A DNA stretch of 32,000 bases from the NCBI RefSeq assembly GCF_002310835.1, contig NZ_CP011041.1:3180001-3212000 (forward strand), read 5' to 3'. A program made the translations under genes and the position numbers. Shown one piece after another: positions 8,921 to 20,637 of the stretch (positions are counted from its first letter, which is position 1; each line of letters opens with the position of its first letter). The notes beneath the pieces were generated by a model. The model was not told where the DNA came from. It was given only the letters and a program-made list of their open reading frames with translations, and searched no databases. This DNA comes from Pseudoalteromonas tetraodonis. GTDB lineage: Bacteria > Pseudomonadota > Gammaproteobacteria > Enterobacterales > Alteromonadaceae.

Positions 8921-10102
8921 CTATAACGCTTGGTGTGGTCCAAATATTTCGTAGTGAATGTTTGAGCTTTGCACACCTAAATCAAGTAGCTGGCCTTTTA
9001 CGTAAGCCATAAATGATGCTGGTCCACACAAATAAAATGCCCCTTCGCTAATAGGTAATGATGTCTCAAGCACCGTTAAATCCATTAACCCAGTGAAATC
9101 ACACTCCTCGCCACCTTGATTAAACCAAGTAAATGTTTTTAGCTGTGGATGCATTGCCGTTTGCTGCGCTAAATACCCTTTAAATGAAAATTCGCGGCTG
9201 TTTTCACATGCGTGCAAATAACTAATCGCTTGATTTTTATCACCACTAAGTAGCGTTTGAAGCATCGCCATCATCGGGGTTTGGCCAACGCCTGCTGAAA
9301 TAAGTACCACTGGAGTTGCCTCATTTTTTAAAATGAAGTCTCCCGCTGGCGGGTATAACTCTACTCGTGCGCCTTGCTCTAGTGAGTGTAAATAATTAGA
9401 CACCACGCCAGGCTTTGGTTGGCACTCTTTTTTAACGCTAATACGATAGTTTTTAGCATTGCTCTTTTGCGAAATAGAATACTGGCGGATCTCTTCATAT
9501 TCTGCGCCCTCAGGCTTAACTTTAATGCCAATGTACTGTCCTGGCTTGTAGGTAATAACTGCTTTACCATCCACAGGTGTTAGCGTAAAACTAGTTACGA
9601 ATTCAGATTCAATATGTTTATCAGTAATTTCAAACTGGCGCGTGCCTGCCCAGCCACCATGGTTGTTTTTACTGTGCGCATACAATGCCGCTTCTTCGGT
9701 AATACAAATATCAGCAAGTACACCGTAGGCTTCGCGCCACGCATATTCAACATCGGCAGTAAACTGCTCAGGAATAAGCTCTTTTAACGTACCGATTAAA
9801 TGTGCGCCCACAATAGGATAATGCTCAGGTAAAATATTTAAGCTGGTATGCTTATGATTAATTCGCGCTAGCGCCTCTTTTAACACGGCTAAATTATCAA
9901 GATTTTGCGCGTACGCAGCCAATGCATTAAATAATGCAAATTGCTGACGACCCGTTTCTTGATTAGTCATATTAAAAATATGTTTAAGTTCGGGATTATG
10001 ACTAAACATGCGCTTGTAAAAATGATCGGTTACGACCGTACCTGCCTCTGCAAGCAATGGCACCGTGCTTTTAACTATTTGTATGGTTTTATCGGATAAC
10101 AT
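8921..10102 (-). CDS. hmp: Flavohemoglobin (nitric oxide dioxygenase)
   Basis: 393 aa, collinear with E. coli Hmp: HFYxRMFxHNPELKxIFNM, RQYS, GVGQTPM and IHYExFGPH. Confidence 0.96.
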   Translation of the reverse strand: MLSDKTIQIVKSTVPLLAEAGTVVTDHFYKRMFSHNPELKHIFNMTNQETGRQQFALFNALAAYAQNLDNLAVLKEALARINHKHTSLNILPEHYPIVGAHLIGTLKELIPEQFTADVEYAWREAYGVLADICITEEAALYAHSKNNHGGWAGTRQFEITDKHIESEFVTSFTLTPVDGKAVITYKPGQYIGIKVKPEGAEYEEIRQYSISQKSNAKNYRISVKKECQPKPGVVSNYLHSLEQGARVELYPPAGDFILKNEATPVVLISAGVGQTPMMAMLQTLLSGDKNQAISYLHACENSREFSFKGYLAQQTAMHPQLKTFTWFNQGGEECDFTGLMDLTVLETSLPISEGAFYLCGPASFMAYVKGQLLDLGVQSSNIHYEIFGPHQAL

Positions 10103-10139
10103 GTTTATTTCCTATGTAATAACTAACTGCTTGCATTTA

Positions 10140-10160
10140 GCATTACACAGAGCGTGCCAA
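10140..10160 (-). promoter_or_regulatory. Candidate sigma54 promoter for hmp
   Basis: The minus strand reads TTGGCACGCTCTGTGTAATGC. The -24 element TGGCACG is perfect. The -12 element is GTGT instead of TTGC, so GC becomes GT. It lies about 45 nt upstream of the hmp ATG and downstream of the NorR-type sites. Confidence 0.45.
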
Positions 10161-10186
10161 CTAATTAAACCTATAATATTCAATAA

Positions 10187-10267
10187 GTTAAATTAACTCG
10201 CTTTACAAGATGAGTCTTTATGACCTACTATAAAACCTGTAAAAATACACTAACAGGTCATTTTGAC
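10187..10267. promoter_or_regulatory. Tandem NorR-type GT-N7-AC enhancer sites in the hmp-norR intergenic region
   Basis: Three sites are visible. GTCTTTATGAC (10214-10224) and GTCATTTTGAC (10257-10267) are palindromic and strong. GTTAAATTAAC (10187-10197) is weaker and overlaps an IHF-like ATTCAATAAGTTA. The architecture matches the NorR/sigma54 control described for norVW and for hmp/fhp in Vibrio and Pseudomonas. Confidence 0.55.
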
Positions 10268-11833
10268 ATGAACCAACAATTCAACCTGACGCAAGTTGCA
10301 TTAGAACTTGCGCAAAGTACGTTACATGCTCACAGTTTTGAGCAACTTTTAGCCACGGTTGAACGTGTTATTCCCAGCGATGCCAGTGCATTATTGATTC
10401 GCCAAGGTGAGCAATTAAAACCCTTAGCCATTAAAGGCCTTATGCCCGATAGCCTAGGACGACGTTTTGATATTGCGGAGCATCCTCGCCTTAAAGCCAT
10501 CTGCAGTAGTCGTTTGGCTCTGCAATTTGCACATGACTGTCCACTACCTGATCCATACGACGGGCTACTACTGGCTAAAACCGGTGATATTCCAGTGCAT
10601 GCCTGCTTAGGGTTACCCCTTTATGATAAAAACGCACTACTTGGCATTCTGACCTTTGATAGCCTTAACGCCAATGCGTTTGACGGTATCACCACTGATA
10701 CACTCAACACCTTACAAACCTTGTGCAGTGCGCACTTTAAAACAGCCCTAGAGCTTGCCCATTACAAACAACATGCGCAGCACTCTAGTGAATTAGTACA
10801 AGCGTTAAACCGTGAGGCGCTCAAACGTGATGGTGGTGAAATTATTGGCCAAAGCTCTGCAATACAAACGCTTAAAAATGAGATAAAACTGGTTGCGGCA
10901 TCAAACTTTAGTGTCCTTATTTTAGGTGATACTGGGGTCGGCAAAGAGTTGGTGGCACGTAATATTCACTTACACTCCGCACGTAAAGATCAGCCATTAA
11001 TTCATTTAAATTGTGCATCACTGCCTGAAAACCTCGCAGAAAGTGAATTTTTTGGCCATGCAAAAGGCGCTTTTACGGGTGCGCAAAATGCTCGCCAAGG
11101 TAAATTTCAGTTAGCCGATGGCGGCACCTTATTTTTAGATGAAATCGGCGAGCTGCCTCTGGCTATGCAAAGTAAATTATTACGCGTACTGCAAAGTGGC
11201 GAAGTACAAACCGTTGGCGAAGATGAACTTAAATATGTCGATGTTAGAGTGATTGCAGCAACCAATCGCGACCTAAAACACGAAGTAACACAAGGACGGT
11301 TTCGCGCCGATTTGTACCATCGATTAAGTGTTTATCCACTCACAGTCGCTCCATTGAAAGCCCGTGATGAAGATGTTATTTTATTAGCTGGTTATTTTGC
11401 AGAAAAAACAGCCCGCAAGCTCGCTATTAAACAGCTAAAACTCAGTATTGAAACGCAACTGCTGCTTAAAAAATATGACTGGCCAGGCAATGTGAGGGAG
11501 CTTGAGCATGTGATTAATCGGGCTGCATTAAAGGCTAAACAACATCAGTGGCAGCAACCAATTATTACTATTGAACCTGCGCATTGTGAGCTAAATTTAA
11601 GCGCTGTTAACACCTTAGCTCTTGAACACTCAAACCAGCTTGTAATCCCACCTTTAGCAAACAACATTTCGTTAAAGCAAGCCACAGATACCTATACTCA
11701 GCAACTTATAATACAGCAACTTAAACAACATAATTATAACTGGGCAAGCACAGCGCGTAGTTTACAGGTCGACCGCGCTAACTTAACGCGGCTAGCCAAG
11801 CGCTTAGGTGTTTCAATAAAAAAATCGTTGTAG
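10268..11833 (+). CDS. norR: Sigma54-dependent nitric oxide-responsive activator NorR (GAF-AAA+-HTH)
   Basis: It has an N-terminal GAF-like region, an AAA+ core ([20 protein letters not shown]) and a C-terminal Fis-type HTH. The ORF track starts at 10220, but the ATG at 10268 follows the last NorR box and gives a length near that of E. coli NorR. Confidence 0.9.
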   Translation: MNQQFNLTQVALELAQSTLHAHSFEQLLATVERVIPSDASALLIRQGEQLKPLAIKGLMPDSLGRRFDIAEHPRLKAICSSRLALQFAHDCPLPDPYDGLLLAKTGDIPVHACLGLPLYDKNALLGILTFDSLNANAFDGITTDTLNTLQTLCSAHFKTALELAHYKQHAQHSSELVQALNREALKRDGGEIIGQSSAIQTLKNEIKLVAASNFSVLILGDTGVGKELVARNIHLHSARKDQPLIHLNCASLPENLAESEFFGHAKGAFTGAQNARQGKFQLADGGTLFLDEIGELPLAMQSKLLRVLQSGEVQTVGEDELKYVDVRVIAATNRDLKHEVTQGRFRADLYHRLSVYPLTVAPLKARDEDVILLAGYFAEKTARKLAIKQLKLSIETQLLLKKYDWPGNVRELEHVINRAALKAKQHQWQQPIITIEPAHCELNLSAVNTLALEHSNQLVIPPLANNISLKQATDTYTQQLIIQQLKQHNYNWASTARSLQVDRANLTRLAKRLGVSIKKSL

Positions 11834-11838
11834 CCTTT

Positions 11839-12735
11839 TTAACTTAACTTTCGCTGCCTAAAATAATTTTTTAATAGCTGACTAAACGCTTGAACTTTTG
11901 CCGTTCGATGCACTAAATGATGCGTAACCAGCCACAAATCGGTTGGCCAACTCAGTTCATTAGGCAGTACAGGGACTAAATCAGAGTATTGCGCTGCAAC
12001 ATCATGCTGTAATCCGCCAATACCGAGTCCTTTTACTATGGCGCGGGTCGCTTCTGAGGTTTCTGACACTCTTAGCTTAACTTGCGACGGGGGAATATTT
12101 TCATCAACCCATGCAAAGTAAGGCACTTTGGCATTATACCCTGCTACACCTGACACAAAGCTATGCAGCGATAGTTGCGCTAATGTTTGTGGCAACCCAT
12201 AACGGCTAATGTAATGCTTTGATGCATAAAATCCTGACGAGAGCGCCGCTAAATGCTGAGCAATATAATCACCCTCATCCGGTCTGGGTCCAGCTCTTAC
12301 TGCGATATGTGCTTGGCCATGATCTAAACGTAAGCGTTTTTGATCCATAATCACTTGTAATTGCACTTGCGGATGCAAGGTTTGAAACTGCTCACACACC
12401 TCACTTAATACATCAATAAAGCCACTAACTGTGGTGAGTAACAAGCTACCTTGCAAGGTGCTATCTGCAGCAATAATGTCATTATGTAGGCGCTCTAGTT
12501 CACCATTAATCGCTTGTGCTGTGGTAAATAACTTAGCGCCAATTTCTGTGACTTTGTAGCCGCGAGCATGGCGATGAAATAGTCGCGCATTTAAGCTTTT
12601 TTCTAAGTTATTTATTCGCCTGAGCACCGTACTATGGTGAACATCTAACACTTCGGCAGCGGCAGTTAAAGTACCTAAGCGCGCTACCTCGTAAGCAACC
12701 TTCAGGTCTTGCCAATCATTAAATTGAATTGCCAT
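11839..12735 (-). CDS. LysR family transcriptional regulator
   Basis: 298 aa with an N-terminal LysR wHTH (ARLGTLTAAAEVLDVHHSTVLRRINNLE). It is divergent from the reductase gene. Confidence 0.9.
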   Translation of the reverse strand: MAIQFNDWQDLKVAYEVARLGTLTAAAEVLDVHHSTVLRRINNLEKSLNARLFHRHARGYKVTEIGAKLFTTAQAINGELERLHNDIIAADSTLQGSLLLTTVSGFIDVLSEVCEQFQTLHPQVQLQVIMDQKRLRLDHGQAHIAVRAGPRPDEGDYIAQHLAALSSGFYASKHYISRYGLPQTLAQLSLHSFVSGVAGYNAKVPYFAWVDENIPPSQVKLRVSETSEATRAIVKGLGIGGLQHDVAAQYSDLVPVLPNELSWPTDLWLVTHHLVHRTAKVQAFSQLLKNYFRQRKLS

Positions 12736-12753
12736 GATAACTACTCTTTAATC

Positions 12754-12769
12754 TGTGCATATACGCACA
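12754..12769. promoter_or_regulatory. Candidate LysR-type operator (T-N11-A style palindrome)
   Basis: TGTGC-atatac-GCACA lies 19 nt upstream of the LysR start, in the divergent intergenic region. Confidence 0.35.
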
Positions 12770-12851
12770 CAAGTTTTGCGTTTATTTGGCTTTTCTGCAA
12801 GTGATTATTTGTTAAAGTCACATTATACAAACTCATTATCAGGAGCAGCTC

Positions 12852-13418
12852 ATGACAACACCAAAAATTATTGCCCTAGCAGGTAGCTTACGTAAAGATA
12901 GCTTTCATCAAAAACTCATTAACGAAGCGGCACGCTTTGCTTTAGAAAGTGGCGCTGAAGTAGAAGTGATTAAACTCGCAGACTTAGCCATTCCTATGTT
13001 TGATGAAGATCTCGAGGCACAAGGCACACCAGCCGGTGTACAACAACTTAAAGACAAACTTCGCGCAGCCGATGGCATTTTGCTGGCCAGCCCAGAATAT
13101 AATGGCTCTATTACCGCCGTGTTAAAAAATGCTATTGATTGGGCATCGCGCACCGAACAAGGCGCAGAGCCTGCATTTGCAAATAAAGTAACCGCGTTAT
13201 ATGCAGCCTCACCAGGTGGGTTGGGCGGTTTACGGGGCTTAAATCATGTGCGTGATATATTATCAGGCATTGGCAGCTTAGTATTAGCGAACCAACTGGC
13301 AGTACCGGCTATTCATACTTTATTAGATGACAACGGTCGAATTAGCGACCCCGCTACCGCTGAAAAAGTGGCTGGTCTTGCACAGCAGTTAGTTAGCGTA
13401 GCAAGTAAGCTTAAATAA
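12852..13418 (+). CDS. NAD(P)H-dependent FMN reductase (ChrR/YieF-like flavodoxin fold)
   Basis: 188 aa. The motifs GSLRKDSFHQKL, SPEYNGS and LKNAIDW are typical of the FMN_red family. Confidence 0.85.
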   Translation: MTTPKIIALAGSLRKDSFHQKLINEAARFALESGAEVEVIKLADLAIPMFDEDLEAQGTPAGVQQLKDKLRAADGILLASPEYNGSITAVLKNAIDWASRTEQGAEPAFANKVTALYAASPGGLGGLRGLNHVRDILSGIGSLVLANQLAVPAIHTLLDDNGRISDPATAEKVAGLAQQLVSVASKLK

Positions 13419-13425
13419 GCAGCCA

Positions 13426-13872
13426 CTATAACTTTGTTGCTGCAAGCTTTGCAGCAATAAAGTCTTCATGGGTAACATACAATAAATTAGCAACACGACG
13501 AATAACGTATTCTTCTTGTGGATCAAGTTCTCCATCGGAGTACGCTAAACGCCAAAGTAATTCAACTATATCAATGCGTTGCTGTGCACTACATTGATTG
13601 TTAATTTGCTTAGAAAATTGAAAATAATCAATGGCGTCATCTAAGCTTGCACTTGCTTGCTCGGTTAACTCATCTACTGCTTCATCCGTTAAATCAAAAT
13701 ATTTTTTTAATGTTAGACTTAGCGTATGTTGCTCATCAGCCTGTAAATCGTTATCCGCTCGCATTACCTCAATTAATAATGCGGCAACCGCTGTTTTTAA
13801 ATCATGTTGTTCAATATCATAATCTTGCTGATCAATACTCGAAAAAAGCTGTTTAATTTGCTTGAACATCAC
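13426..13872 (-). CDS. TerB-like (tellurite resistance TerB family) protein
   Basis: 148 aa, acidic and helical. AALLIEVMRADNDLQADE and LWRLAYSDGELDPQEEYVIRRVANLL resemble the paired TerB-domain repeats. Confidence 0.65.
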   Translation of the reverse strand: MMFKQIKQLFSSIDQQDYDIEQHDLKTAVAALLIEVMRADNDLQADEQHTLSLTLKKYFDLTDEAVDELTEQASASLDDAIDYFQFSKQINNQCSAQQRIDIVELLWRLAYSDGELDPQEEYVIRRVANLLYVTHEDFIAAKLAATKL

Positions 13873-13964
13873 ATTTCCCCTTTTTGGGTGTTAGACTTAT
13901 ATCATAACGGGTTTAATAGATATGCTGATCACACTACCCAAAATCAAGATGGAGTTAAAGGTTT

Positions 13965-14345
13965 ATGAGTATAAAAGCCAATCATTACATACATGGAATT
14001 ATTAGCTGGTGTTTATTAACGGGGTGTTTGAGTGTGTCGGCAGAGCAAAGTGAAATGCAGCGACTTTATGATTTTGATGAAAAGGTGCATTATAAGCAAA
14101 CTCAAATAGACACTAACAATTACCACCTAGAAATACAGTCTGACGACTACCCACATTTTAGAAACCAAAGTGTGTTTTTGTTGCGCCACGCAAATCGTTT
14201 ATGTCACGATAATCCTTTTATGTTAAAAGTGACTGAGGGCGTGCAGGAGTACCAACGCTTTCCAACTAAACCGCGTGCTTATCAGCCACCGCTCAGTGTA
14301 TTTGTGCAGTGTGAAATGCCTGCAGAAAAAACCTCAAAAAAATAA
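13965..14345 (+). CDS. Hypothetical secreted protein
   Basis: 126 aa with an N-terminal hydrophobic signal-like segment (IISWCLLTGCLSVSA). No family recognised. Confidence 0.5.
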   Translation: MSIKANHYIHGIISWCLLTGCLSVSAEQSEMQRLYDFDEKVHYKQTQIDTNNYHLEIQSDDYPHFRNQSVFLLRHANRLCHDNPFMLKVTEGVQEYQRFPTKPRAYQPPLSVFVQCEMPAEKTSKK

Positions 14346-14359
14346 CACCTCGTTATTTT

Positions 14360-14401
14360 CAGTAAAACCACTGAGTATTAAAATAGCCTGTGGTTTTACT
14401 G
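14360..14401. repeat. Perfect 12 bp inverted repeat with an 18 nt loop between convergent orphan genes
   Basis: CAGTAAAACCAC (14360-14371) pairs with GTGGTTTTACTG (14390-14401). No U-tract follows on either strand. Confidence 0.7.
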
Positions 14402-14419
14402 TAGTTAACCTGAACTAAG

Positions 14420-15016
14420 TTAGTTAACGCCATATCCCCACGGCGCAGCCGGTGGTGTGATAGGTTTAGTTAAATCAAAATCAACACGGAATTCGCGACC
14501 TTGGCGAATAAGTCGATAAGTGAACTGTTCAGGGTAAATATACATTTGCCATGTATTGCCTACCGATTGCGGTATGCCTTGGCTAACAAATAACTCTTTT
14601 GAATACTGATCTGCAGGGAATGACTGCATATTAGCAAAACCCGCATCCACAGTATGACCGCCATACATAGTAGACACATCATCGCTGCCATCTTTATGGC
14701 GATGATCGTGCTTTAGGCTCAAACCACTACCTGTTTTAGTAATGATCCACGTACGTGAAGCATCATCACCGACATGAAACGGCACCTGTAACTCACGGTC
14801 ATTACACTTACGCACATGCATAATTAACTTTTTATCGGCAAATGAACTCGGCCCTGTTGCATTATCAACCGTTACTTTACCCTCGAAAGCTTTACCGCAG
14901 TGAGCAGCAATACTATTGAAAAAGCTATCATGACTTGGAATTGATACCAAAGGCGCTGGACGTGCTAATGCAGCAGTGGATGCCAGCATAAACGCTGCAG
15001 CTGTTAATAATTTCAT
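14420..15016 (-). CDS. Hypothetical secreted protein
   Basis: 198 aa with a clear Sec signal peptide (MKLLTAAAFMLASTAALA). The mature part looks beta-rich. No family recognised. Confidence 0.65.
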   Translation of the reverse strand: MKLLTAAAFMLASTAALARPAPLVSIPSHDSFFNSIAAHCGKAFEGKVTVDNATGPSSFADKKLIMHVRKCNDRELQVPFHVGDDASRTWIITKTGSGLSLKHDHRHKDGSDDVSTMYGGHTVDAGFANMQSFPADQYSKELFVSQGIPQSVGNTWQMYIYPEQFTYRLIRQGREFRVDFDLTKPITPPAAPWGYGVN

Positions 15017-15201
15017 AATGTGTCCCTAAACATGTAAAAAATCAGCTTAGCGTTTAAGCAAACACAAAGAAAATAATCACGATGAACAGCAATAAAAATT
15101 AACAGAACAATAGGGTTTTACTTTAATTAATTAGTAAAAAAATATCGCTTGAAAGAAGATAAGAAATTAAATATTGTTGTTTGATAAAGGGGAAATAACT
15201 A

Positions 15202-15363
15202 ATACCAATTCGCTTAATTAAGCGGTCTATTTTGAGGCAGGAAAAACGGGGTGATAGCTAGGCAAAAAATTCGCTATTTAGTTGTTCGAAATTAGAATTT
15301 TTTAACACAGATAGCGACACGTTTAGCCCCGCAAAATGATTGAGTATTATTGCGGATTGGTAT
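15202..15363. repeat. About 162 bp imperfect foldback element (MITE-like or structured RNA)
   Basis: The termini are ATACCAATTCGC (15202-15213) and GCGGATTGGTAT (15352-15363). Further collinear complementary blocks lie inward: ATTTTG, GGC, AAACG and AAAAAATTC. An internal 14 nt palindrome, CGCTTAATTAAGCG, sits at 15211-15224. Confidence 0.55.
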
Positions 15364-15401
15364 AAACGTAAAGCCAGTTTTAGCGCGGAGCACATATTTA
15401 A

Positions 15402-15695
15402 ATGGAAAAATATATCGGCTTAATAATCATCGTATTACTATTAATTATTCAAAATCGCTACACTCTGCACATATATCAACACCTTGCTGAGCAGCACCCA
15501 GAACAATGGAAAAAATTATCACAAAATTCATTAGATGGGACACCCTATGCCAATCTTGCTGAGTCATTTAAAGATGGTTTTTTTTCGACTATCAACGACC
15601 CAAAGGTAGTCCGCTACCAGAAATTTAAAACTCTCAATTTATTACTAATGGCAATGATTACATTAGCAAGCTTATTGCGTGGTTTTTTAATATAA
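15402..15695 (+). CDS. Hypothetical small membrane protein (one TM helix at each end)
   Basis: 97 aa, with hydrophobic N-terminal (IGLIIIVLLLII) and C-terminal (LLLMAMITLASLL) segments. It is AT-rich. No family recognised. Confidence 0.45.
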   Translation: MEKYIGLIIIVLLLIIQNRYTLHIYQHLAEQHPEQWKKLSQNSLDGTPYANLAESFKDGFFSTINDPKVVRYQKFKTLNLLLMAMITLASLLRGFLI

Positions 15696-15700
15696 GCGAT

Positions 15701-15727
15701 TAAAAAAGCGCAACCTAAGTTGCGCTC
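15701..15727 (-). terminator. Rho-independent terminator of the leu operon
   Basis: On the minus strand, AGCGCAAC-ttag-GTTGCGCT is followed by TTTTTT, about 20 nt after the leuD stop. Confidence 0.8.
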
Positions 15728-15746
15728 CAGTTTCATATGTAAAAGG

Positions 15747-16346
15747 TTACTGCCACGGTCTCTCTGCGGCTAACTGCTTTTCAAACGCATCAATTTGCGG
15801 ATTGAGGGTTTCGGTTACACCAATAAAGTCTAAGCCACTTAATAAACGCTCTTTCACGTCTTTGCGAATATCAAAGCGAATTGGCGCAAACTTATTGCTG
15901 GTAAGTAACTGGTTTTCAAGATCCACATCAATGTGAATATCGTCGTGCTGCTCACTTAACACAAATAACTCTTCCAGCGTTTGCGCTGGCAATGTAATAG
16001 CAAGCATTTGATTGTTACCACAGTTATTAAAGAAAATATCAGCAAAGCTTTCAGCTAAAATCACTTCAAACCCATATTGCTTTAATGCCCATGGTGCGTG
16101 CTCGCGTGATGAGCCACAGCCAAAATTATCGCGGGTTAATAATATTTGCGCACCTTGGTAACAAGGACGATTTAAAATAAATTCAGGGTTTGGCTCGCCA
16201 TTATCTAAATAACGCCAATCGTAAAACAGTGCTGCATCAAAACCATCACGGCTGGTTGAAGTTAAAAACTGCTTAGGAATAATTTGGTCGGTATCGACGT
16301 TGTTTTTATCAAGTGGGGCCATTAAGCCGCTAAAATAGATGCTCAT
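15747..16346 (-). CDS. leuD: 3-isopropylmalate dehydratase small subunit
   Basis: 199 aa with LeuD motifs (DTDQIIPKQFL, NFGCGSSREHAPWAL). Its start overlaps the leuC stop (TAATG). Confidence 0.96.
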   Translation of the reverse strand: MSIYFSGLMAPLDKNNVDTDQIIPKQFLTSTSRDGFDAALFYDWRYLDNGEPNPEFILNRPCYQGAQILLTRDNFGCGSSREHAPWALKQYGFEVILAESFADIFFNNCGNNQMLAITLPAQTLEELFVLSEQHDDIHIDVDLENQLLTSNKFAPIRFDIRKDVKERLLSGLDFIGVTETLNPQIDAFEKQLAAERPWQ

Positions 16347-17746
16347 TAAGCTTCTCCTCTAATATCAACAAAGTGACCATGTATTGCAGCTGCTGCCGCC
16401 ATTGCAGGGCTCACTAAGTGTGTACGCCCGCCGCGCCCTTGGCGACCTTCAAAATTACGATTCGAGGTGGAAGCACAGCGTTTACCAGCTCCTAAACGGT
16501 CATCGTTCATAGCTAAACACATCGAACAACCCGGCTCGCGCCACTCAAACCCTGCAGCTTTAAAAATATCGGCTAAGCCTTCATCTTCAGCTTGCTGCTT
16601 AACTAAGCCTGAGCCTGGAACAATCAGCGCTTCAATACCAGCTAAAACCTGTTTACCTTCAACAATTTTTGCTGCAGCGCGTAAATCTTCAATGCGGCTG
16701 TTGGTGCATGAGCCAATAAATACCGTGTCTACTTTGGCGCTTGATAGTTTATCGCCCGCTTTTAAGCCCATGTATTTAAGCGCACTGCGAATTGCATCGG
16801 CTTTAATTAAATCGGTTTCTTTATCTGGATCTGGAATACATTCATCAACGCCAATCACTTGCTCTGGATTAGTCCCCCAAGTAACTTGCGGTTGAATACT
16901 GCCTGCATCTAACTCTACTTCTAAATCAAAATGAGCACCATCATCCGTTTTTAAAGTTTCCCAGTAGGCAACAGCGGCATCAAAATCAGCACCTTTAGGT
17001 GCAAACGGGCGCCCTTTTAAGTACTCGTAAGTGATTTTATCTGGGGCAATTAAACCTGCCTTGGCACCCATTTCAATGCTCATGTTACACAATGTCATAC
17101 GGGCTTCCATTGATAGAGCTTCTATGCCTTCACCACAAAATTCCGCCACATAGCCAGTGCCACCAGCAGTGCCTAGCTTACCAATAACCGCCATAATTAA
17201 ATCTTTAGCTGTTACTGTAGGGCGTAATACACCGTTAATTTGAATTTTTAACGACTTCGCCTTTTTTTGCTGTAGCGTTTGCGTAGCTAATACATGCTCA
17301 ACCTCTGAGGTACCAATACCATGTGCCAAGGCACCAAACGCACCATGCGTTGAAGTATGACTATCGCCGCAGACTATAGTGGTACCTGGTAAAGTAATCC
17401 CCTGCTCAGGGCCAATAACATGCACTATGCCTTGGTTTACTGAATTTAAGTCGTACAGCAAAATGCCAAATTCTTTACAGTTTGCATCCAGTGCCATTAA
17501 TTGATTTTTAGAGACTTCGCTGGCTGCATCCAGTGAACGACTTTTAGTTGAAACATTATGATCCATGGTGGCAATGGTTTTTTCTGGACAACGCACTTTA
17601 CGATTTTTTTCACGTAAGCCTGCAAATGCTTGTGGTGACGTCACTTCGTGTACTAAATGACGGTCAATATAAAGTAAATCGGTTTGCTCATTAATACTGG
17701 CAACGGTATGTGCTTGCCAAATTTTATTGTATAAGGTTTGGGCCAC
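16346..17746 (-). CDS. leuC: 3-isopropylmalate dehydratase large subunit
   Basis: 466 aa aconitase-family protein ([37 protein letters not shown]). Confidence 0.97.
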   Translation of the reverse strand: MAQTLYNKIWQAHTVASINEQTDLLYIDRHLVHEVTSPQAFAGLREKNRKVRCPEKTIATMDHNVSTKSRSLDAASEVSKNQLMALDANCKEFGILLYDLNSVNQGIVHVIGPEQGITLPGTTIVCGDSHTSTHGAFGALAHGIGTSEVEHVLATQTLQQKKAKSLKIQINGVLRPTVTAKDLIMAVIGKLGTAGGTGYVAEFCGEGIEALSMEARMTLCNMSIEMGAKAGLIAPDKITYEYLKGRPFAPKGADFDAAVAYWETLKTDDGAHFDLEVELDAGSIQPQVTWGTNPEQVIGVDECIPDPDKETDLIKADAIRSALKYMGLKAGDKLSSAKVDTVFIGSCTNSRIEDLRAAAKIVEGKQVLAGIEALIVPGSGLVKQQAEDEGLADIFKAAGFEWREPGCSMCLAMNDDRLGAGKRCASTSNRNFEGRQGRGGRTHLVSPAMAAAAAIHGHFVDIRGEA

Positions 17747-17802
17747 TTGCTAACTCCCTGATCTGATTGAGCCACAGCCTGACGGTGCTGTGGCTTTAAT
17801 AA

Positions 17803-20429
<2,627 letters not shown>

Positions 20430-20483
20430 AACTGCCTCTCATTCCTGTGTTACCCAAATTTCGATTTATCCCTGCAGCGAGAT

Positions 20484-20507
20484 AAAAAAAACCCCGCAAT
20501 TGCGGGG
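20484..20507 (-). terminator. leu attenuator terminator
   Basis: On the minus strand, the perfect 16 nt palindrome CCCCGCAATTGCGGGG (20492-20507) is followed by eight U (20484-20491). GAGCGGGG at the end of the leader ORF can pair with the left arm as an antiterminator. Confidence 0.85.
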
Positions 20508-20535
20508 TTTTGTTGTTTAGCTCAATGCAAACACA

Positions 20536-20604
20536 CTAATCCCCGCTCACTTGCCACAGCAGTAAGAGGTTTAGTTTTAGTGTAATTAAACGATTAGTTT
20601 GCAT
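20536..20604 (-). CDS. leuL: leu operon leader peptide (22 aa, Leu-rich)
   Basis: My own translation is MQTNRLITLKLNLLLLWQVSGD*. Seven of the 22 codons are Leu, including four in a row (CTC TTA CTG CTG). It lies between a promoter-like element and the attenuator upstream of leuA. Confidence 0.8.
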   Translation of the reverse strand: MQTNRLITLKLNLLLLWQVSGD

Positions 20605-20637
20605 TTGTTTTCTTGTGTGTGTGTCCAATGAGGCTTA

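Noticed and set aside
10236-10256. CCTGT-N12-ACAGG inverted repeat and GTAAAAATACAC between the two strong NorR sites, considered as a further NorR box
   Set aside because: The spacing is N6 or N8 rather than the N7 of GT-N7-AC, so it cannot be assigned.
16467-16895. 142 aa plus-strand ORF inside leuC. The same applies to similar antisense or alternative-frame ORFs at 927-1112, 1200-1421, 1929-2192, 2714-3073, 2993-3250, 3985-4206, 5619-5938, 6355-6996, 9379-9570, 10762-10944, 12908-13153, 13631-13856, 17790-18101, 18578-18865, 19043-19231, 22686-22898, 23599-23841, 26716-27003, 27520-27702, 29174-29395 and 29570-29758.
   Set aside because: All lie fully inside strongly supported conserved genes, either on the opposite strand or in another frame. 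Their translations are low-complexity (Ser/Cys/Leu-rich) with no recognisable motifs. They are typical shadow ORFs.
20613-20624. (TG)n microsatellite-like run upstream of the leu leader
   Set aside because: It has only about five repeats and lies in the leader 5' UTR. It is too short to call a phase-variable tract.
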